Positions 61,022 through 64,000 of a stretch of 64,000 nt of DNA are shown one piece after another. The stretch is from Coraliomargaritaceae bacterium (GTDB lineage: Bacteria; Verrucomicrobiota; Verrucomicrobiia; Opitutales; Coraliomargaritaceae). The notes beneath the pieces were generated by a model that did not search any database, was not told where the DNA came from, and was given only the letters and a program-made list of their open reading frames with translations. The stretch spans positions 2,001 to 66,000 of the forward strand of contig JBJLEZ010000010.1 of the NCBI GenBank assembly GCA_045565695.1, given 5' to 3'. The position numbers and the translations under genes were made by a program. The stretch's first letter is position 1. Each line of letters opens with the position of its first letter.

Positions 61022-62278
61022 ATGATAGATTTAGTTATATTACTGATAGGCTTACTGGTTCTCAGATTATGTGTCTTTCTCATTCTTGAGCGATTAAATG
61101 TTAAATTTTTGAAGCTTCATGGGGTGAATTTACCTGAATCAGTTCAGGGTATTATGGACGAGCCGACTTTCGCTAAATCAGTAGAATATACCGAAGCAAA
61201 ATCAAAATTCTCAAGTGTTAGTACAATTTACGATGGGCTAATTTTAACGCTGATTATTACTCTAGGGATTTTGCCTTATGCCTATAATTCTTTAAGTGGT
61301 TTATTGGGCTATGGTTTATTAGGGCAGTCTCTTGTTTTTATCATAACACTGTTTCTTTTGGGCTTACCTAACCTACCATTTAATTGGTGGGAAACATTTA
61401 AGCTAGAGGAGCGTTTTGGCTTCAATAAGAGTAGCTTAAAATTATGGATATCAGATCAAATCAAGGGCTTAGCTCTAGGCTTAATCATAGGAGTGCCTTT
61501 ATTAATGGGCCTGATGTGGATCGTGACTCAAATGGGAGCTTATTGGTGGTTATGGGCTTTTGTCTTTCTTTGGTTATTTCAAGTAGTGATGATCGTTCTT
61601 TATCCGATGTTTATTCTGCCTTTGTTTAATAAATTAGAACCACTAGAAGCGGGAGAATTAAAGGATCGTTTACTCGCATTGGGCGATCGTTGTGGTTTTA
61701 AATCCCAAACTATTTTGGTTATGGATGGAAGCAAACGTTCAGGACATTCTAATGCTTTCTTTACTGGCTTTGGCCAATTCAGGCGTATCGTTCTCTATGA
61801 TACTTTGATTGAACAAATGGAAATCAAGGAGCTTGAAGCGGTCTTAGCTCATGAGATTGGTCACTATAAATGTGGTCATATTCCGCAACGGTTATTCTTT
61901 TCAGCATTTTCAACCTTACTAATGTTTGCTTTTCTGGGATGGTTGATGCAGACAACATGGATTTTTGAATCGCTTGGGTTTTCTGCAGAATTATCGAGCC
62001 CATTTGTACCTGCATTTTTACTCGTTTCTTTATTCAGTGGATTATTCACTTTTTGGTTTTCTCCATTAGACAGTTTATGGTCACGAAAGCATGAATACGA
62101 AGCTGATGCTTTCGCCAAAAATGCAATGAATGAGCCAGATTCATTAAAGAATGCTTTGCGTAAATTGTATAAAGAAAATTTGAGCAACTTATTACCACAC
62201 CCTCTTTACAGTGCTTTTTATTATTCACATCCAACTCTAGTGGAACGAGAATCTGCTTTGATGAAGGATGTCACTTGA
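61022..62278 (+). CDS. M48-family zinc metalloprotease (Ste24/CAAX-protease-like)
   Basis: 418-aa polytopic ORF with HEIGHYKCGH (HExxH) and a downstream EYEAD. Confidence 0.85.
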   Translation: MIDLVILLIGLLVLRLCVFLILERLNVKFLKLHGVNLPESVQGIMDEPTFAKSVEYTEAKSKFSSVSTIYDGLILTLIITLGILPYAYNSLSGLLGYGLLGQSLVFIITLFLLGLPNLPFNWWETFKLEERFGFNKSSLKLWISDQIKGLALGLIIGVPLLMGLMWIVTQMGAYWWLWAFVFLWLFQVVMIVLYPMFILPLFNKLEPLEAGELKDRLLALGDRCGFKSQTILVMDGSKRSGHSNAFFTGFGQFRRIVLYDTLIEQMEIKELEAVLAHEIGHYKCGHIPQRLFFSAFSTLLMFAFLGWLMQTTWIFESLGFSAELSSPFVPAFLLVSLFSGLFTFWFSPLDSLWSRKHEYEADAFAKNAMNEPDSLKNALRKLYKENLSNLLPHPLYSAFYYSHPTLVERESALMKDVT

Positions 62279-63188
62279 TTTGAAGATAATGGCTACGCAA
62301 AGACTAGGGCGAATTTTATTCCTACTAGTCCTTTTCTCCTTCCATGCCTTTGGGCAAGATTCAATTCGCATAGCTAGTTATAATCTAAAAAATTATTTGA
62401 TCATGGATCGCCTTGTAGAGGGTAGTTGGACAAAAAATTATCCGAAACCCGAGGCAGAAAAGTTAATTATACATAAGAATATTTTAGAGGTACGCCCAGA
62501 TATTTTATTGATTCAAGAAATTGGAGGTGAGGACTTTCTTAATGAACTAAAGGAAGACTTAAAGAAGTTGGGCTTAGATTATTCTTATTCACTTTTGATG
62601 AGGGGTGCAGATACGGTACGATTGACTGCTGTTTTAAGCCGTTTAAAACCCCGTTATGTAAAAGAACATCAAGATTTAACCTATCGCTATTTTGATAAGA
62701 ACACTTTTGTAAAGCGAGGAATGCTAGAAGTTGGATTCATGGATGAGATTCCGTTTACAATTTTTTCGGTGCATCTAAAAAGTCGTTATACGAGTGATAA
62801 GCGCGATCCGCTGTCTGCTAAGTGGCGTTTGTTGGAAGCTGAATCTTGTCGAAATCGAATTATTAAACGTATAGACCAAGCGAGCATTGAGCATTATATC
62901 ATTGCGGGTGATTTTAATGATAATCCCAACACTGCACCGATGCGGCGTTTTTATAAAAAAGGTAAAAGGCTGATCGGTGAGCATTTGATGTCAAAAGATA
63001 GCCGAGGAGAATCTTGGACACATCTCTATAATAAAGAAAAGGTCTATTCTACAGTTGATGGATTTGTTTTATCTCCAAATTCAATGTCATCCGTGAAAGG
63101 TGGTTTTGCTTCTATATCAGACAGGGATGATTTTTATCAAGGAAGTGACCATCGCTTAGTTTATTTTGATTTAATCGTCTCAGAGTAA
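62268..63188 (+). CDS. Endonuclease/exonuclease/phosphatase (EEP) family protein, secreted
   Basis: 306-aa ORF overlapping the M48 stop by 11 nt. The alternative ATG at 62289 gives the signal peptide MATQRLGRILFLLVLFSFHAFG. It has IASYNLKN, LIQEIG, and the C-terminal GSDHRLVYFDL. Confidence 0.8.
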   Translation: MSLDLKIMATQRLGRILFLLVLFSFHAFGQDSIRIASYNLKNYLIMDRLVEGSWTKNYPKPEAEKLIIHKNILEVRPDILLIQEIGGEDFLNELKEDLKKLGLDYSYSLLMRGADTVRLTAVLSRLKPRYVKEHQDLTYRYFDKNTFVKRGMLEVGFMDEIPFTIFSVHLKSRYTSDKRDPLSAKWRLLEAESCRNRIIKRIDQASIEHYIIAGDFNDNPNTAPMRRFYKKGKRLIGEHLMSKDSRGESWTHLYNKEKVYSTVDGFVLSPNSMSSVKGGFASISDRDDFYQGSDHRLVYFDLIVSE

Positions 63189-63220
63189 TTGGATTGATTT
63201 TTTATCGGAGTGATTCATTT

Positions 63221-64000
63221 ATGAATCTTATGAAAGCCGTGTTTTTAGGGACAGGAACTTCTCAAGGCGTTCCAATGATTGCTCAACCCGATGGAGGTTG
63301 CGATTTAACGAATCCCAGAAATTGGCGAACAAGGTGTTCCATTCACATTGAAATGGGAGGGCATCATATACAAATAGATGCGGGTCCAGAATTTAGGATG
63401 CAATGTATCCAGCATGAGATTCACTCCGTGGATACTTTTATTCTGACTCATGCACATGCTGACCATGTTATGGGGATGGATGATTTAAGGCGCTTTTGTG
63501 ACCTAAATGGAGGTAAGGCGATGCCAGTTTATAGTACAGAGGAGGGTCTGGAACGAGTTAACTCTATATTTCCCTATGCGATTTGTGATAAGCCTGTTTC
63601 AGTAGGCTACCCTGCATTTGCACTGCATCAAATGCCTAAACGATTAGAATTACCGGGAGGACTTGTAGAATCGACACTACTCCCACACGGGGCAGTGGAT
63701 GTCTTAGGATTAGTCTTTACTGAAAATGATACAGGTAAGCAATTAGCTTATTACACGGATTGTAAGATGTTAACTCAAGATGCTTATCAGTTGGCCGATA
63801 CCGTAGATATTTTAATTATCGATGGACTGAGACCGAAGCTTCACCCCACGCACATGAATATTGAGGAGTCAATAACAGCCGCTCAAAAGGTGAATGCACC
63901 TCAAACCTATCTTACGCATATGACCTACGGAGTTGATTACGAGACAACCGAAGCGAATCTTCCTGAAAATATCTCTTTAGCCTACGATGGGCTGGTGCTT
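63221..64000 (+). CDS. MBL-fold metallo-hydrolase (PhnP-like), 3' end outside the window
   Basis: Hand translation gives MNLMKAVFLGTGTSQGVPMI...FILTHAHADHVMGMDDLRRF, open to the window end. It is not in the ORF track because it has no stop. Confidence 0.8.
   Translation, partial: MNLMKAVFLGTGTSQGVPMIAQPDGGCDLTNPRNWRTRCSIHIEMGGHHIQIDAGPEFRMQCIQHEIHSVDTFILTHAHADHVMGMDDLRRFCDLNGGKAMPVYSTEEGLERVNSIFPYAICDKPVSVGYPAFALHQMPKRLELPGGLVESTLLPHGAVDVLGLVFTENDTGKQLAYYTDCKMLTQDAYQLADTVDILIIDGLRPKLHPTHMNIEESITAAQKVNAPQTYLTHMTYGVDYETTEANLPENISLAYDGLVL

Overview
This is an AT-rich Gram-negative chromosomal window. The gene content fits a marine PVC-superphylum heterotroph (Lentisphaerae/Verrucomicrobia-like); that is an inference from sulfatase density, a PEP-CTERM protein and a chlamydial-type RNR. 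The left part (about 2.7-26.7 kb) looks like a sulfated-glycan utilisation locus. It holds GH3 and GH1 beta-glucosidases, five Cys-type sulfatase genes (one broken by two frameshifts), a formylglycine-generating enzyme, a LacI regulator, a 1166-aa TonB-dependent receptor, a PEP-CTERM protein, secreted repeat proteins and an SSF Na+/sugar symporter. The right part is mostly housekeeping. It holds tRNA-Thr/Lys, nrdB-nrdA behind three phased NrdR-like boxes, RNase R, PPK1, HtpG and an orphan NtrC-type regulator. Next come a sigma-54 promoter with two tandem amt-glnK pairs, a frameshifted M42 peptidase, an HMA/outer-membrane pair, GH30, SlyD and tRNA-Ser. The window ends with HIT, a comM remnant, CoaE, Rho with a long N-terminal extension, two tandem GspE/PilB ATPases plus GspF, an M48 protease, and EEP and MBL hydrolases. 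I saw no CRISPR array, integrase, transposase, or recognisable defence or toxin system, and I cannot point to a clearly new multi-gene system. The most noteworthy observations are these: (1) a class-Ic-like RNR (Glu ligand, Leu at the radical-Tyr position) with three 31-bp-phased NrdR-like boxes; (2) a 15-bp direct-repeat motif, GTGCATAAWAGTGCA, conserved upstream of two operons in the sulfatase locus; (3) five ORF junctions that all fit a single extra base, four of them at identifiable homopolymer runs; (4) Rho with an Asn/Arg/Gly/Lys-rich extension; (5) duplicated secretion ATPases with no pseudopilin or secretin genes nearby. All functional calls come from reading motifs by eye, with no database search.
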